A stretch of DNA of 64,000 bases from Nitrosopumilaceae archaeon. GTDB lineage: Archaea; Thermoproteota; Nitrososphaeria; Nitrososphaerales; Nitrosopumilaceae. Below, in pieces: positions 40,620 through 54,523 of the stretch (positions are counted from its first letter, which is position 1; each line of letters begins with the position of its first letter). The notes below the pieces were generated by a model. It was given only the letters and a program-made list of their open reading frames with translations, was not told the DNA's origin and ran no database searches. The DNA lies in assembly GCA_965207375.1 (NCBI GenBank), contig CBDBMG010000001.1, positions 224,001-288,000 of the forward strand, written 5' to 3'. The translations under genes were made by a program, and so were the position numbers.

Positions 40620-43600
40620 CCTGCCATCGCTTCATTCAGTTGGCAGGGCATCTCCACGGAAGAGCTCTTCAGGAATGGAACCTCCTGGATGATATTGACA
40701 AAGAAAATTGGCAATGCGGTATTAAAGTTCTTCAAAATAGACTTGGACATGGCAACTTAACTATTGCTGCACAAAAGTTTCAACACTTACACCAAGACAA
40801 GAAGGAAGCAGTGAGTAAATTTATAAGCAGGCTGGAACGAATTTTTTGGATCGCACATGGTAAAGCCAGAATGCCTATAGAAAGTAAAGAAGCTTTACTT
40901 TATGGCCAATTACAAGAGGGTCTCCTCTACAAGTTGATCGAGAGCCCTGCTGTATCTGGAGCTGCAGACTATAAGAACCTTTGTGTAGCTGCCAGAAACA
41001 AGGAAAAGCATTTAATTGGTAGAGTTGAACAGAAGGAGCCGACGTCATGGTTTTGAAGTTGATGCCACTTATAGCCACAGGAAACAAAGTAACCAGAGTG
41101 GAGCACCCCAGACACCTAGAAGAAATGCACTATTCTCCTAGAGGCCCATTAACATGTTACAACTGTGGTGGTAAAAACCATTTGGCAAGGAATTGCAGAG
41201 TAGCCAAATCAGAGAGTACTGGTCAAAGTGGTGCCAACATGAGGAATTCTTCAGTAAAACAAGAAAGCAGAGGATGGCAAAACAGTAACATTACAAGGAA
41301 TTCTCCCAATGCCAGACAAGTGGATGCGCAGCAGACTAAGGAAACGAAACCTATTGGTCAGAATGAAATATCTGATCTGTTAGCATCTGAATCAGATGAT
41401 GGGGATGTACTTGCAGTTCAGGCAGGAAGTAGCTTACGTTGTGCTAAAGTGGAAATACAAGGAGTGCCAGTATATGGAATAGTAGATACTGGGGCTGATA
41501 TCACAATCATTGGTGGTAAGGTGTTCAAGTTGAATGCTACAAAAGCCAAACCCAGGCTAAAGAAGAAGGATCTTCAACAACCAGGTAAAGTTCCACGGAA
41601 CTACGATGGCAACACTTTTACTTTGGATGGTAAGATGGACCTGAAAGTGGCCTTTCAAGAGAAATATATATATAATTGAGCTCATTACATTAAGATGGAT
41701 GCTAAAGATCAATTATTGTTATCAGAAACTGTGTGCCAACAGCTTGGAATCGTCAGTTATCATCCCAGAGTAGAAATGTGGAATGGAGGTCATCAGGACA
41801 AAACTGAGTTTCAATTGACGGCTACAGTCCCACTTGTGGAAGTAAAGTTGATTCAAGCTACTTGATTTTTACCTCATCAGACAACAGCAGTACAAGTGTA
41901 CATGGGGGATCACTTCAATCAGGAACAATCAATCTTGTTGGAAGCTAAGGATACACTGGAAGGTGACACTGGTTTACAAATGGACACATCACTCATTAAA
42001 CCAGATGATGATGGTAATGCTTGTTTTAATCACTAATACCAAAGGTTATACTTTGAAGTTGGATACTGATACTGAATTAGGCCATGTCTCCAATGTTGTT
42101 CAAGCCCATGACCTTGGATGCAACCAAACAGAAACTGGTAAGCGGAGTCCAGCGGCAGTCAAAGTGGTCAGTGCATGTAACACTACTGCTAAAGAGCGAG
42201 GAGAGAAACTGATGGATATGTTATGCAAGGAGGATATACCTAGATCAGGTATGAGGGATCAACAGGAGAAACATGAAGCATTTGCTGTTAGTGAAACTGA
42301 ACAAGGACAAACCGATCTAATTCAATTCGAAATTGATGCTGGGGATGCCACTCCTAAATGACAGCCAGTTCGTAGAGTGCCATTTGCAGTACGGCAGGAA
42401 GTGCAACATCAGATTAAGAAGATGGAAAGTATGGGTGTTGTGCAACTGTCTAGCAGCCCATGGGCAAGTCCAATTGTACTAGTGTGGAACACTTAGATTC
42501 TGTGTAGACTATCAAGGTTTAAATTCTGTGAAGAAGAAAGATACTTTCCCACTTCCAAGGATTGATAATTTGCTGGACCAGATAGGGGAATCACGCTACT
42601 TCTCAACATTGGATTTGGCATCTGGATATTGGCAGATTGCAATGGATCCGAACTCACAGGAAAAAACTGCTTTTATTACACATAGTGGTTTGTACGAGTT
42701 TCTAGTTATGCTATTTGGCTTATGTAATGCGCCATCAGCATTTCAGAGGTTGATGAACAGAGTATTGTGTGGACTGAACCCAGAGGAAGGACCAATGTTT
42801 GTAGCTGTTTACTTAGATGATGTCTTGATCTTCTCAAGGACTATGGAAGAACATCTAGTACATGTGCAGCTGGTATTGGACAGGATAATACAAGCTGGGG
42901 TCAAACTGAAGCCATAAAAATGTTATTTTGTCAAGGAAGAAATAAGGTATCTGGGACACACCATAACACCTGCTGGGTGAATGATGAATGATGATCAGCT
43001 TTTGGCTGTCAAGAAATACCCATCACCCAAGAATGTCAAGCAGCTTCAACAATTTCTTGGATTAGCTTCGTACTACCGCCGCTTTATGAAACAGTTTGCA
43101 AAAATAGCACATCCACTTCATGCTCTGACTTGCAAGAGGACAACATTTGTGTGGACAGAAGAGTGTCAAACTGCTTTTGATGACCTGAAGAGAAGGCTTG
43201 TGACTGCACCAGTATTGGCATTCCCCAAGTTTGATAAGAGCTTTATACTGGAAACAGATGCCAGTATCAAGGGCATAGGTGCAATAGATACATCCTGTTG
43301 CTTTTGCTAGCAGAGCTCTGTCACAACAGGAAAAGAACTACAGTATCACCGACTTAGAGACTCTGGCTGTGGTCTGGGCAGTAAGTCATTTTCATGCTTA
43401 TTTGTATGGACATGATGTTGAAGTGAGAACTGACCATAGTGCTGTTAAAGCTGTTTTGAGTACTCCCAGTCCTAATGGGAAACATGCTCAATGGTGGACA
43501 AAAGTTTACAGCAGCGGAGTGAGAACAATAACAATAACTCATTGTGCCAGAAAGGAAAACCTGAATGCGGATGCACTCTCTAGGAATCCTCATAGCTTGC

Positions 43601-43890
43601 CCCCTGTCAATGGAATAGGAGAGGGAGAAGTTCAAGTTGCTGTCATTACCAATGACTTGACGCCATCAGCATCCGCATCTGGTTCTGAGATGAACATAAT
43701 GGAGATGCTCAATTTAGAACCTTCAGACTCCACCTCAGTGATTTTGCACAGGAACAACAAAAGGATCAGAGTGTTTTAGAGATGCTTAACTTCCTGAAAG
43801 ATGGTAAACTACCCAGTGATCAACAACGAGCTAGGAAAGTTGCTCTACAAGGTAACATTTTTACTATCATAGATGACATCTTGCAGTAAA
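40620..43890 (+). pseudogene. Decayed Gypsy gag-pol (gag, CCHC knuckle, protease, RT, RNaseH; integrase missing)
   Basis: CYNCGGKNHLARNC, IVDTGAD, YFSTLDLASGYWQI, VYLDDVLIFS, ETDASIKGIGA, TDHSAV...NADALSR; many stops and frameshifts. Confidence 0.9.
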
Positions 43891-44485
43891 AGCCACTTAG
43901 TTATCGTGTATGAATTGTTGTACTTTCAATAAGGTGCCCAGGAGCATTGTGGATGACATGTATTTGGTTACTGTGACAAATGTTGTTCAGTATATTATAT
44001 TGCACATAATAATATCAACCAAATGTTTAAGGCTTAGGTTTGACAAACTCACGTGTCACAGTTTCTTTAAACTTTTAGTGAGCATTCAGACATTAATGTA
44101 GTTTGTGTGTCTGAAATTTGCAAATGATTTAATTTTTCATTGAGTTATGACAAACTTTTGTCTTGCTGCATAGAAGTTTCTCTCCAGTACATTTATACAT
44201 TTACTTAACCCTGAGGATTGCTTGAGTTGTACAGTATACATAACAGAAATGTTGGTGCAAGTTTGATTGAAATCAATGAAGGAATGAGCGAGTTATTAGA
44301 CAAACAAGTTGATAAAGAAATGAAAATAAAAATTCCGGGGTTCATGCAAGCCCTCGTAAAGTGTGCGATGAAAATAAAAGAAAGAAAGAGAAAAAAACGA
44401 CTGCCACATAAATTTTTTTTTACTAAAGGAGGACTTTATAAGGCTGTATCAGAAGACTGGCTTATATCTAACATCATACTTACTG

Positions 44486-44715
44486 ATATGCTAAACAAAA
44501 ACAGCCTGACTGTAAAAAAAGTGCAAGGCCATAAAGGTGGCCAAGTGACAAAGCCAATCATAGTTGTGAAAGTGCCCGGCTGTATATCATTCAAGTAAAA
44601 GGATTTTCTTGGCCTTACCTGATATCAAAGATTTTGGTCGCTTATAACTATAGCCAATGCTACTTCTGATTGGCCTCGCGCTTTTTTACAGTCAGGCTGC
44701 TTTTGTTTAGCATAT
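44486..44715. mobile_element. Family B short derivative (~45-bp TIRs enclosing one arm)
   Basis: Same termini as 17179-17592, but with only the right arm internally. Another degraded copy at about 30800-30990. Confidence 0.75.
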
Positions 44716-44797
44716 ATATTTATGTTAAAATCTAAAACTGACACACCCACTCTATGTAGTATGCTGCTATGGTACTATAATGTATTTTGTAGTATTA

Positions 44798-45025
44798 CTT
44801 GTCTATACAGTCTTGTCTATACTTGTCTATGCAGTCTTGCCTGTACTTGTCTATAGTCTTGTCTATACTTGTCTATAGTCTTGTCTATACTTGTCTATAC
44901 AATCTTGTCTATACCCAATCTTGTCTATACTTGTCTATGCAGTCTTATCTATACTTGTCTGTACAGTCTTGTCTATACTTGTGTTATCTTGAACTTGTCT
45001 ATACAGTTATATACAGTCTATACTT
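44798..45025. repeat. CTTGTCTATA-based minisatellite
   Basis: Seen directly. Confidence 0.9.
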
Positions 45026-45215
45026 GTACTTATAGTATTTGTGGTTTATGGGTACATAATTGCTTGAAGGGATTGTACAACTAGGAATTTGTTCAGGAAT
45101 TTATTTTAGTTTGTTTGTTGAAATAAGCATTAATTATCATGCTTGATACTTGCTAGCTATAGCTACATACATATTATCAACACATTCTAAATTATTGTTG
45201 TGTTGTATTCTGTAG

Positions 45216-46652
45216 ATCAAACTAATGAAGGGAATGAATTCTTTGTGGGATTTTTCAGAAATCGATTCGGTAGAACTGACGAACCTGAGATGATACCTCC
45301 AGTTCTTTGGATCACAACTAAAGAGTCTATGCCAGTCAACTTTGAAGTGTTCACTTTTTTTGGACTTCTTACTAGTGGTGTAGCAACTCCTGGAGAAATA
45401 ACATATGTTGACATACCTCTTGGATTTGTTGTATTTGATTCATCTGTAGATAGTGCAACTGATTCACGGTTTAAAGGAATTTATATCAAAGCAGAAGATG
45501 ACAGAAGGATTATTGTGTTTGGTCAACATGAAGAAGTAGCATCCAATGATGCTTATCTAGCATTACCAATTATTTCACTGCCAGCAGGAAGGTCTTATGA
45601 GTACATTGCAGCATCTATATTTGGAGATGCAGGTACTGTTGCACAAGCTAAAGATAGTGTGGCTCTAATTATTGGAACTGAGAATGATACTGAGATAATC
45701 CTTGAACCATCTGTTATCATCAGGCATCACTTTGCTCCAGCACAAACTGGTGGACTGTTTATTCCTGGAGTTCCTGTTCAGTTTCGTACTGTAACTATTC
45801 AGAGGTTTCAGACATTTTATCTTCAGGTTCGTGGTGGAGATATATCTGGTACTCGTATAATAGCAAATAAGCCAATATCTGTTTTCTCTGGACATGAATG
45901 TGCTAATGTTCCATTAGCCAGTGAACCTTGTGACATACTGATTGAACAACTTCAACCAATAGATACATGGGGAACTGAAGCAGTTACAGTTCCACTGAGA
46001 ACAAGGAATGGTGATGTACTAAAAGTATTTGCTTCACAAGACTCTACTACAGTTAGTGTTACATATACAAACATCAGTAGTGGCATGATTACCAGTAATA
46101 GCTTTAGGTTCACACTTAATCGCAATAGATTTAGAGAGTTGGGGGGTACTTCAACAGAGCCCACAGGGGCTATTGCTGACTTTGCCTTGATACAGTCTAA
46201 TAATCCAATTGCAGTATTTCAATTTAGCAGAAGCTTTGCAACTGATAATAATATAATATCTGATCCATTTATGTTGTCAGTGCCATCTTGTGAACAATAT
46301 CGTAACAGTTATGCAGTAGCTCCAGCTCCATTTAATGAAACAATTGAAGGTACTGTTTCAGGACGAGGTCCATATGTTAACTATACTAACATAGCAGTAC
46401 CAGCTGAGTATTTTAATGCTAGTTTAATAACAATTAATGATAATCCAATTAATGCTTCAGAGTTTAGGCCAATCAGGAGAGCAGATAACAGCATATGGGG
46501 CTATGGGGCACAGCTAGAACTTGATGGAGTTGCAATGATAAGTCATTCAGACTCAAATGCAGCTCTATCAGTAACATTGTATGGATTCAGTAACCAGATG
46601 TCATGGGGTTGTACTGGAGGAACAGGTCTTGCTCCTGTTGCTTATGCTGTTT
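45216..46652 (+). CDS. IgGFc-binding protein N-terminal-like domain, single 1437-nt exon
   Basis: GNEFFVGF, DAYLALP, DISGTRIIANKPISVFSGHECANVP, CDILIEQLQPIDTWG, SNNPIAVFQF, DPFMLSVPSCEQY; TGTAG acceptor and GTAAGT donor, phase 1-1. Confidence 0.9.
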
Positions 46653-47168
46653 GTAAGTTATATTATGAGCATTTGTTATTGTGTGTATGGTATATCACAT
46701 GATCTCAGAATCTTTTTGTTCTAAAGGACACAATGTTTTTTGTACATCAAGACTCACAATAGTGAGTCATGAGTCCAAGAAGCAGCAGTAGCTACGTATG
46801 CGACGACTGAGAGTTAGTACGTTCTTACTATGTATACCGCATAGTACAAAACTTTGGCGGGGAAAAAACTTTGGCGAATTTGGCGAATCACCACAATTCA
46901 CCAAGTTTTTTTGCCAATATTCCCAATGAAGCACATGGTCATGCAGTTTGTGTCGTGAACATACGACACGTGAAGCAAGGCACCTAAATATTGTATGAAA
47001 TGATGCGTTAGCTTATGAATGATGACTTATGGCGATTATTAATGCAAGACTGGATGACTGAATCCCTTCAAACAATCACTAAACACATGTGCGGAAGTTA
47101 GTGAAACAATAATAGACTTTTACATGCTTACGTGTGGCGTTTACTGTAGTTGCCCATGCTTTAGCTTG

Positions 47169-47794
47169 TTAAACCAGGCGTGTGCCTGGTTTCTTAAAAT
47201 TGATATTGTGCGGACGTCGGTATGCGTGTGTGTGTGTGTGTCTGTCTGTGTGTCCGCCCCCCAGGCTAATAAAAACTATTCACATGAAATGAAGTCTAAA
47301 TAGCCATTCAAACAAGTCCTACTGCCTTTCAGTTTCTCTGTATGGCACTCGCTATCGATACTGTTGATGGGCGGGGCCTTAGTTACAAAGCGCTCATGTG
47401 TTACTTACAAAGAAGAGCAAGGTAGTGCTGTATTTCCCATTCATTACACGGTAAAAGCCGTTTAACCAGTTGTACATTATTAACAAGACGGAGCTCTTCA
47501 GTTTTAAAATTGGGCATGCCGTGTGGGTTGCAAAGCTTATAACAGAAGACTGGCCTATAGTGCTACAGTAAGAATTTCGGCATAAAACAACTTTATGCTA
47601 CTTTCATCACTAAAGTATTGGAGTACAAAGAGGGTTTAAACAGAAGAATTAAATTCGCATGTGTTGCTATGTGTTCCTTAGTGATGAGTCTCTGCTCACG
47701 TGACTTACTGGTGACGTCATTAAGAACTATTATAATACATTGTATAACAGTAGATTAACAGTGGTTTAACTTGCACATAGTGCCTGGTTTCTAG
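47169..47794 (+). mobile_element. DINE/HINE-like repeat family C
   Basis: Hairpin AAACCAGGC-GTGT-GCCTGGTTT, a (GT)n tract, and GCCTGGTTTCT repeated at the end. Related fragments at about 37520-37612 and 52260-52330. Confidence 0.55.
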
Positions 47795-47843
47795 ATGGTA
47801 ATACGTCAACTTGTATATTTAATATGATTGTAGCCCTTGGCTA

Positions 47844-48636
47844 CAGTGGTGTATCTAGACCACTTTGATTGGTAGGGCACAGCTGGACTGGGAAGTTGTA
47901 GAGATTAACTGGCTAGCTACATGTTGTGCAAAGCACAATCACCATGCAAAGCATGCTAATGCTAGGGTGTCTGGGGGCATGCCTAAAAATTAGATGCTCT
48001 GAGATTGATTCTGGTGATGATTTTGTATATGCTACATGTCACTCGATAATTTTATAATAAAGATTTTATAATGCTAGCTACGTACATGTAATTTTATAAC
48101 GCTGCTCTACCATAACTGATTCGACTTACTAGAGTGACAGTAGAATTAGAATGCTGGTTGGGGAATTTATATGCCAAATATACTGCTACCATTAGTGTGG
48201 TGACCCATGGTCATGGTCTGTATAACAAAGAGTCATCATCAGTACTAGCATATATTGTCATCAGACTTTAGAATACACCGAGGATAGACTCCTCACTACA
48301 ATCACGTTTGTCACTAGTATGGAGACTATAGACTCACTACACTCACCAGAAAGCTCCATTTTGGGCCTGAAACTTCTTTGCTTTCTACAAACCTTTTCTT
48401 TTGTATATCATCACAGGATGTCACGTGCCTTCATGTACTGCAATTGCCCCGGATAAATGCCCTATGCAGAAGAGGAACTCGTGACTACATAGTGCGGCCT
48501 CCACTTCCAGGTTATGCCGACTTATGCGTACGTGTATAGCAGCTACAAGAAAGGTAGGCTACGTGTTTATTTAATATATAAACTGAAAGTTAGTGGGGCA
48601 CATGCCCCACTAGGCCCCACTGTAGATACACCACTG
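47844..48636. mobile_element. hAT-type non-autonomous element
   Basis: TIRs CAGTGGTGTATCTA / TAGATACACCACTG; 8-bp TSD CTTGGCTA. Confidence 0.85.
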
Positions 48637-50186
48637 CTTGGCTATAGGAAACACAGCTGGGTATTCTCATTTCACATTCAATAAAGGTCTCGTCCTTGAT
48701 CAGCAGTTATCTTGAGCGCTTGATGGAGCGCATGCTCACGATATATAGAATTTCATAGTTTACGGATTTCAGAGCTGTCGTGTGTGCACTATAATGAAAA
48801 TGCAGGCAGGCCTTGGATTCGCCAAAGTTTTTCTGTCAATGTTTCAAAATCACAATTTTGCCAAAAATTTTTACCGCCAAAGCTTTGTACTATATGGTAT
48901 GTCACCAGGTCTGGGAAAATCAGCCATGTACGTCCATTGTATTATTTCGAGAAACACCATTTTAAAGCATTCAGTTAATTAAACAGACTGCTGCCTGTAA
49001 CTGACTGTCTTTCATTACCAGCAATAAACATGCGTAGTAGCTAATCTATTAAATTTCATATACGTAGCTAACCTTACAAGGGGCTGATGGCTGGATTTAA
49101 GAGCTTTTGAGAGATGATTTTTTCAGATGGGCACTAATTTTAGGCCAGCGTAGTGAGGGGGTGGGTGGGTGGAATGGACGGGAGGGGTGGGAGGTGGCTC
49201 AGGAGACAGTAACCACAAGGCACCTATACCACACAACAAGATCAAGGAGGCGTCTAGCCAGCAATGGGAGCAGTTCCAAGTCCCAGCCATCCAATTGATG
49301 CCTTCTATAGGTGTTATTATCACATTCGTGGTTTTGCAGGGTCAGCAAAATGCCTTCCAGAAAAGCAGACTACCTCACATTGGACAGTAGAGACACTGTG
49401 CATTGATAGTTCTTGCGTGCACCTATAATTTTGTGCAATAAAATTGATTTCAGTTTTTGTGCAAAAGTGTAGTTTTTACAGACTTTATGTATAGCACTTG
49501 CAGCAGTGCTTTAACTAGCTAATACTTATTAATGGTGAATTTTACTCTTTGTACACATATGTAATTATGATATCTAACACTCAAAATCTGTAACACCTCA
49601 TTATCCTTGTTGATTTTACTGTGTCAATTAACCGATTATCATCAATTATTTATGACCAATTTGTAGGTGCACAGCACTAATTAAAGGGAGTCCAATTTAA
49701 TGACCCTGCATTGAAAATTGTATGAAAGATAGAGCACACATAGGAGAAATGCTGTTGCAAGTTTGGCTGAAATCAATGAAAAAATGAGTGAGTTATTGGA
49801 CGAACAAGAGTGATAGGCGCAATAAATATTTGTAATTAAAAATTCCAGTTTCATCCAAGCCCACGTAAGGTATACAATTAAGATAAAAGTAGAAAGAAGA
49901 AAAAGCCTCCCTCCTCAATTTACCAATTAACAAACACAAAACCCTACAGATCATTGGTGTATAGCTGCCATGTGCGGCTACCAATTCATGATTATTAACA
50001 CTCCAAAGACAGTATGCAACCAATACATACAACAATAACTAGCTGTGAACTGAGAGGGGTGGGCCTGCATGGTGCACTTAATTCTAGACCCACTGTGCCC
50101 AAGTGAGCCTAAGGAAAAAACCAGACAGGCTTACTACTTGTTCTTGTTTTCTTTTTTCTTTTTTTGGCCTGCCTGGAAAAAACCTA

Positions 50187-50941
50187 CGGTACCGCTCAGA
50201 TGCAATGTTATACACGCATGTACCTGACACGCGAGTTCGATAGCCACTACACACGAGTGAATTCTAAGTGCTCGCGTATGGTGCTCTAAGGACACGCATG
50301 TAGTTAAAGACACGCGTGTGTACACACGTGTACAACACCATCATGTGTATTTTCATTCCTTGCGTGTACTTTAGGTGTATCTTATAAGTTCTACAAGGTT
50401 TCCCAAGTAGCACTTTGTGACATTACTTCTCTAGTTTGTTTGGTAAGGCTATAGTTTATCGCCGCCTCGTGGCATTTATATAGACGCATGTAATACACAG
50501 CACAAGCCTAAAACAGATTTACCAATGAGCTAAACAATCCATGTAGACACCAACACCACGGTAAATAACAGCTTCAACAATCTGGTAACCAGAACGTGGT
50601 GTCAAATATGTCTCATGTGATAAATTGAATTTATAATTAATCTCGTTAGTGCAGGCGCTTATAACGCCATCGATCATTCGCAACTGCACAATGGATAATT
50701 AACACCATCACAGTCAGTTAGGTAGAGGTGATTGAAGTGAGCGAGGCCTGAAATGTTAGATGCATAAATATGGTAAGTTGCCCGCCATGGGTGACACGCA
50801 TGTACCATGTCTGATACACGCATGTACTATGCCTGATACACACATGCACTTGGCCACTCGTGGCAGGAGCATATGTTCACACATGCATGTAAGCATACCA
50901 GCACACACACGCATTTGTAACGTTGCATCTGAGCAGTACCG
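50187..50941. mobile_element. TA-flanked MITE
   Basis: TIRs CGGTACCGCTCAGATGCAATGTTA / TAACGTTGCATCTGAGCAGTACCG. Confidence 0.75.
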
Positions 50942-51397
50942 TACATACATCCCCCTCAAATTAAAGAACTGTCTGCAGCAAACTCCTCATGAACTGCGTA
51001 TCTGTCAAGGAAAATAAACTGCCATTCCTCCATTGCTGGGTGGGTAGCCTGCACTAACACATGAACATGCAGCGTAGAAGTGAGCATGCAGTCACACTTC
51101 CGTAATATATATACTACTTACCAACCTCACGTGCAGGTACGTGAGATATCATTCCCGGAAGTAGGATATTTTCTGCCTAATTCACTATGTTCAACCGGCA
51201 GAAAATACACAACCCTTGTAAATTTTTATCGATGGAAGGAAGGTCTCCATAAGGCAAAACTACCTGAGCTGATATCATTGAACTCAGGTTACTGATCAAA
51301 GATACTGATATCTTGAGTAATGAGCAGATACATTCATTGAATGTAGTCAAACAAACGAGTATTATATATAGAACCTACAATGGCCGATACTCAGGAA

Positions 51398-51800
51398 TAG
51401 AGCTGGGCGATAGTACGTTAGTTTGATATTATTATCATCAAAGCTGTCAACTATTGTGATAGTGATAATGCAACTTACTATCATGAAGTACTAACTGGAG
51501 GTGGCCAGGTAGCCCTATCTTGGCTCATACAGTGAGGCTATAGTAGCCACTGACTTACTTATATTGAAGGTGTAAACATGTACTTGTAACCAAACGGGCT
51601 GATGAAGGTTTAACCTGTGAGATGATACCATGCAATCTTACTTTTAGATAATTTTTTGATTGTGTAGCTAGCTAGCTAGCTATTATATATTTACACATAC
51701 AGTGCAGTTGTTAATAATGATATTCAGTACTATCTATCACTATCGTGACATGTTTCCCTCTATTATGATAGAGTTGAAATTTCACTATCACCCAGCCCTA
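51398..51800. mobile_element. hAT-type MITE inserted in a family D copy
   Basis: TIRs TAGAGCTGGGCGATAGT / ACTATCACCCAGCCCTA; 8-bp TSD CTCAGGAA. Confidence 0.85.
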
Positions 51801-54523
51801 CTCAGGAATGGTGGTGCCAATTTCCTTCATTGTCAGTGTATGCTAGAAAGTGCTAGGTCTATAATATGTAACAATACGATAGCTTTTACAGCAGCTTAGC
51901 TACAGTATTTGCAAGTTTCAGAGCGGTGCTACATGTATATAACTCACTCAATGGTCACGTATTGATGCTTCTTCCTTGTTTTGTAACTCACTATCATAAG
52001 TCTTGATCTATATCATTTAGTGCAAACTATAAGTAAGCTCACCAACATTTTCAACATGCAAATATAATGTTTACAAACCATATCACAATGAAATTTAGGG
52101 AAGATTGATCTCCTGTAATGAAATAGCTATATGTTGTAAAAGAACTTTGCTTATTCCATTGTTTCACTATTCCATATTCCATGTTTTCTAATATTTATCC
52201 CGTATATGGCTTATGTATCCCTGTGGGCTGGAGTATTAACCCCAGTTAAACATAAAGTTAAAATGTGTATGTGTTGCTATGTGTTCCTTTGTGATGAGTC
52301 TTTGTTCACGTGACTTCCTCATGATGCCATTGTATATTCATATAGTAATAGTTAACATGTTACAGACAAATATGCACTAATTAGCCGAATTAAAGCAGGC
52401 AATGTAAAGGCTTGCATGATACTCTACATTTCTGTGTGTAACCACAATGGTATTTTTTATGGGGTCACATCAGATCATCAATGGTCAAAAAGACGCTAAC
52501 ATGATCACTTGTCATCATCTGTGACCCCCGCCAACAGTTACAGTGATTAATGTTAATCGATCACTCTTACCTTTAACGTAAAGTGCTTTGCTGCAGTTTA
52601 TAAGTGATGACTCTGTTTCTTCGCCTCCCACAAGCTGGTGATTGTGGTGGTGGTTTGGTAAATGTACCAGGCCTCGGCTGCCCCAAGGGGAAAAAAATTT
52701 TTGGTTCCTACTTCAAGGCCAAATGAAAGAAATTCAGGTTGTATTGGCAAACAGATACTTGGGTGAGGAAGAATTTGGTGCCCGGGGCCAGTTCTATCCC
52801 CCAAATTCGTTTTCCTTAAGCCCTACGGGGATACCTAAGTATGTGAGGCAGCCATCCTAGTTGAGACCTTGTACTATCACATTCCCCCTATCAGGAATGG
52901 AGATGCTGCATAAATGCAGCCAGAGCTATTACACTCTGCTTCAGAGGGCATACCGGCACTTGCCAACAAGTGACAGCATACCGATATACCCCCTGAAGGT
53001 AAGGAGCTGACACTTGCCCGTAACAAGCAGCATGTCAACACTCCAATGTATGGAGCCAGCACTTGCTAGAAATAGCAGCATGCTGATGGTACTCCATTAC
53101 AGCACTTGCCAATGTGGTGACAGCATGCTGAAGGTAAGGAACTGACACTTGCCATATAATAAGCAGCATGTCAATGTTCCGATGTGTGGAGTCAGCACTT
53201 GCTATAAATAGCAGCATGCTGGTAACACTCCATTACAGCACTTGCCCATCGTGGTGGCAGCATATCGATGAACAGCATGTCATGATCCAGTACTGCTACA
53301 CTGTGCAGCTCTTTCACGGTTATTCCATGACGCAGTAAACATAGTCTGCACACACCTGTCTGGAGATATCAACAGAACATACACAATCATGAACATGCAT
53401 AATCATACCCTTTAACAGCTACCTAGCTACTTGAATACCATACATACATATACACCTGCATGCCAAAGAGCCGCATGTCATAATCACAGCTACTTGAATA
53501 CCATACATACATATACACCTGCATGCCAGAGAGCCGCATGTCATAATCACTGCGTCATCCCGGTTATTCCATAATGCAATTATGGTAGTCTGCACACACC
53601 TGTCTGGAAACATCAACAGAACATACAATCATGTATACACACAGTCACAAGCACAGCTACTTGGGTTTCATGCACACATATACAAGGAGTACATGTGCGC
53701 ATATATGATGCCCGGTGGCAAGTCTATGTGATACCCATAGATCCATGGGCATTGGGTGAAGGGGGAGGTGGGGAAAGTCTAGAGGGTTGTCTATAATGGC
53801 GGTTCTAGAAGATTCCGTAATTGCCCGCACGTGCTAATGCGCATGCGTTGCTATTCTTGTTAATGCCCTCCAGTTCCTTATATTTTGCTGCACTATGGAC
53901 ATCACCTGGAGCCACATGCCTGCAGTTCACTCTAACATTAACTTGGTTTAAAGGTATTTAAACTTTATTTAATGTTAATCGATCACTCTTACCTTTAACG
54001 TAAAGTGCTTTGCTGCAGTTTATAAGTGATGACTCTGTTTCTTCGCCTCCCACAAGCTGGTGATTGTGGTGGTGGTTTGGTAAATGTACCAGGCCTCGGC
54101 TGCCCCAAGGGGAAAAAATTTTTTGGTTCCTACTTCAAGGCCAAATGAAAGAAATTCAGGTTGTATTGGCAAACAGATACTTGGGTGAGGAAGAATTTGG
54201 TGCCCGGGGCCAGTTCTATCCCCCAAATTCGTTTTCCTTAAGCCACAGAAAGGGGACCGCTGAAAAGGGGCGGTAGCCTTTCACCCAAGGATACTGTTGT
54301 GTAACTACATAGGAGCCTAATTATGAAATCTTGCATATGTGCTTGAGCAACAATCAGTGTACCCTAGCTAGGTGCATATGTGTGCAGTTAGATATGCATG
54401 TGCACAGCTGGACAATGTGTTTGGTGCCGACTATGGACCTGGTATGTGATATATTGCAAAATGGTATATACGCACATACATACATGATTCCACAGTTTAA
54501 TGTGAATAGTCCCTAGGTTGTTG

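Larger units (their letters stand above)
46837..48897. mobile_element. TA-flanked MITE containing nested insertions
   Basis: TIRs CCGCATAGTACAAAACTTTGGCGG / CCGCCAAAGCTTTGTACTATATGG, TA flanks. Confidence 0.75.
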
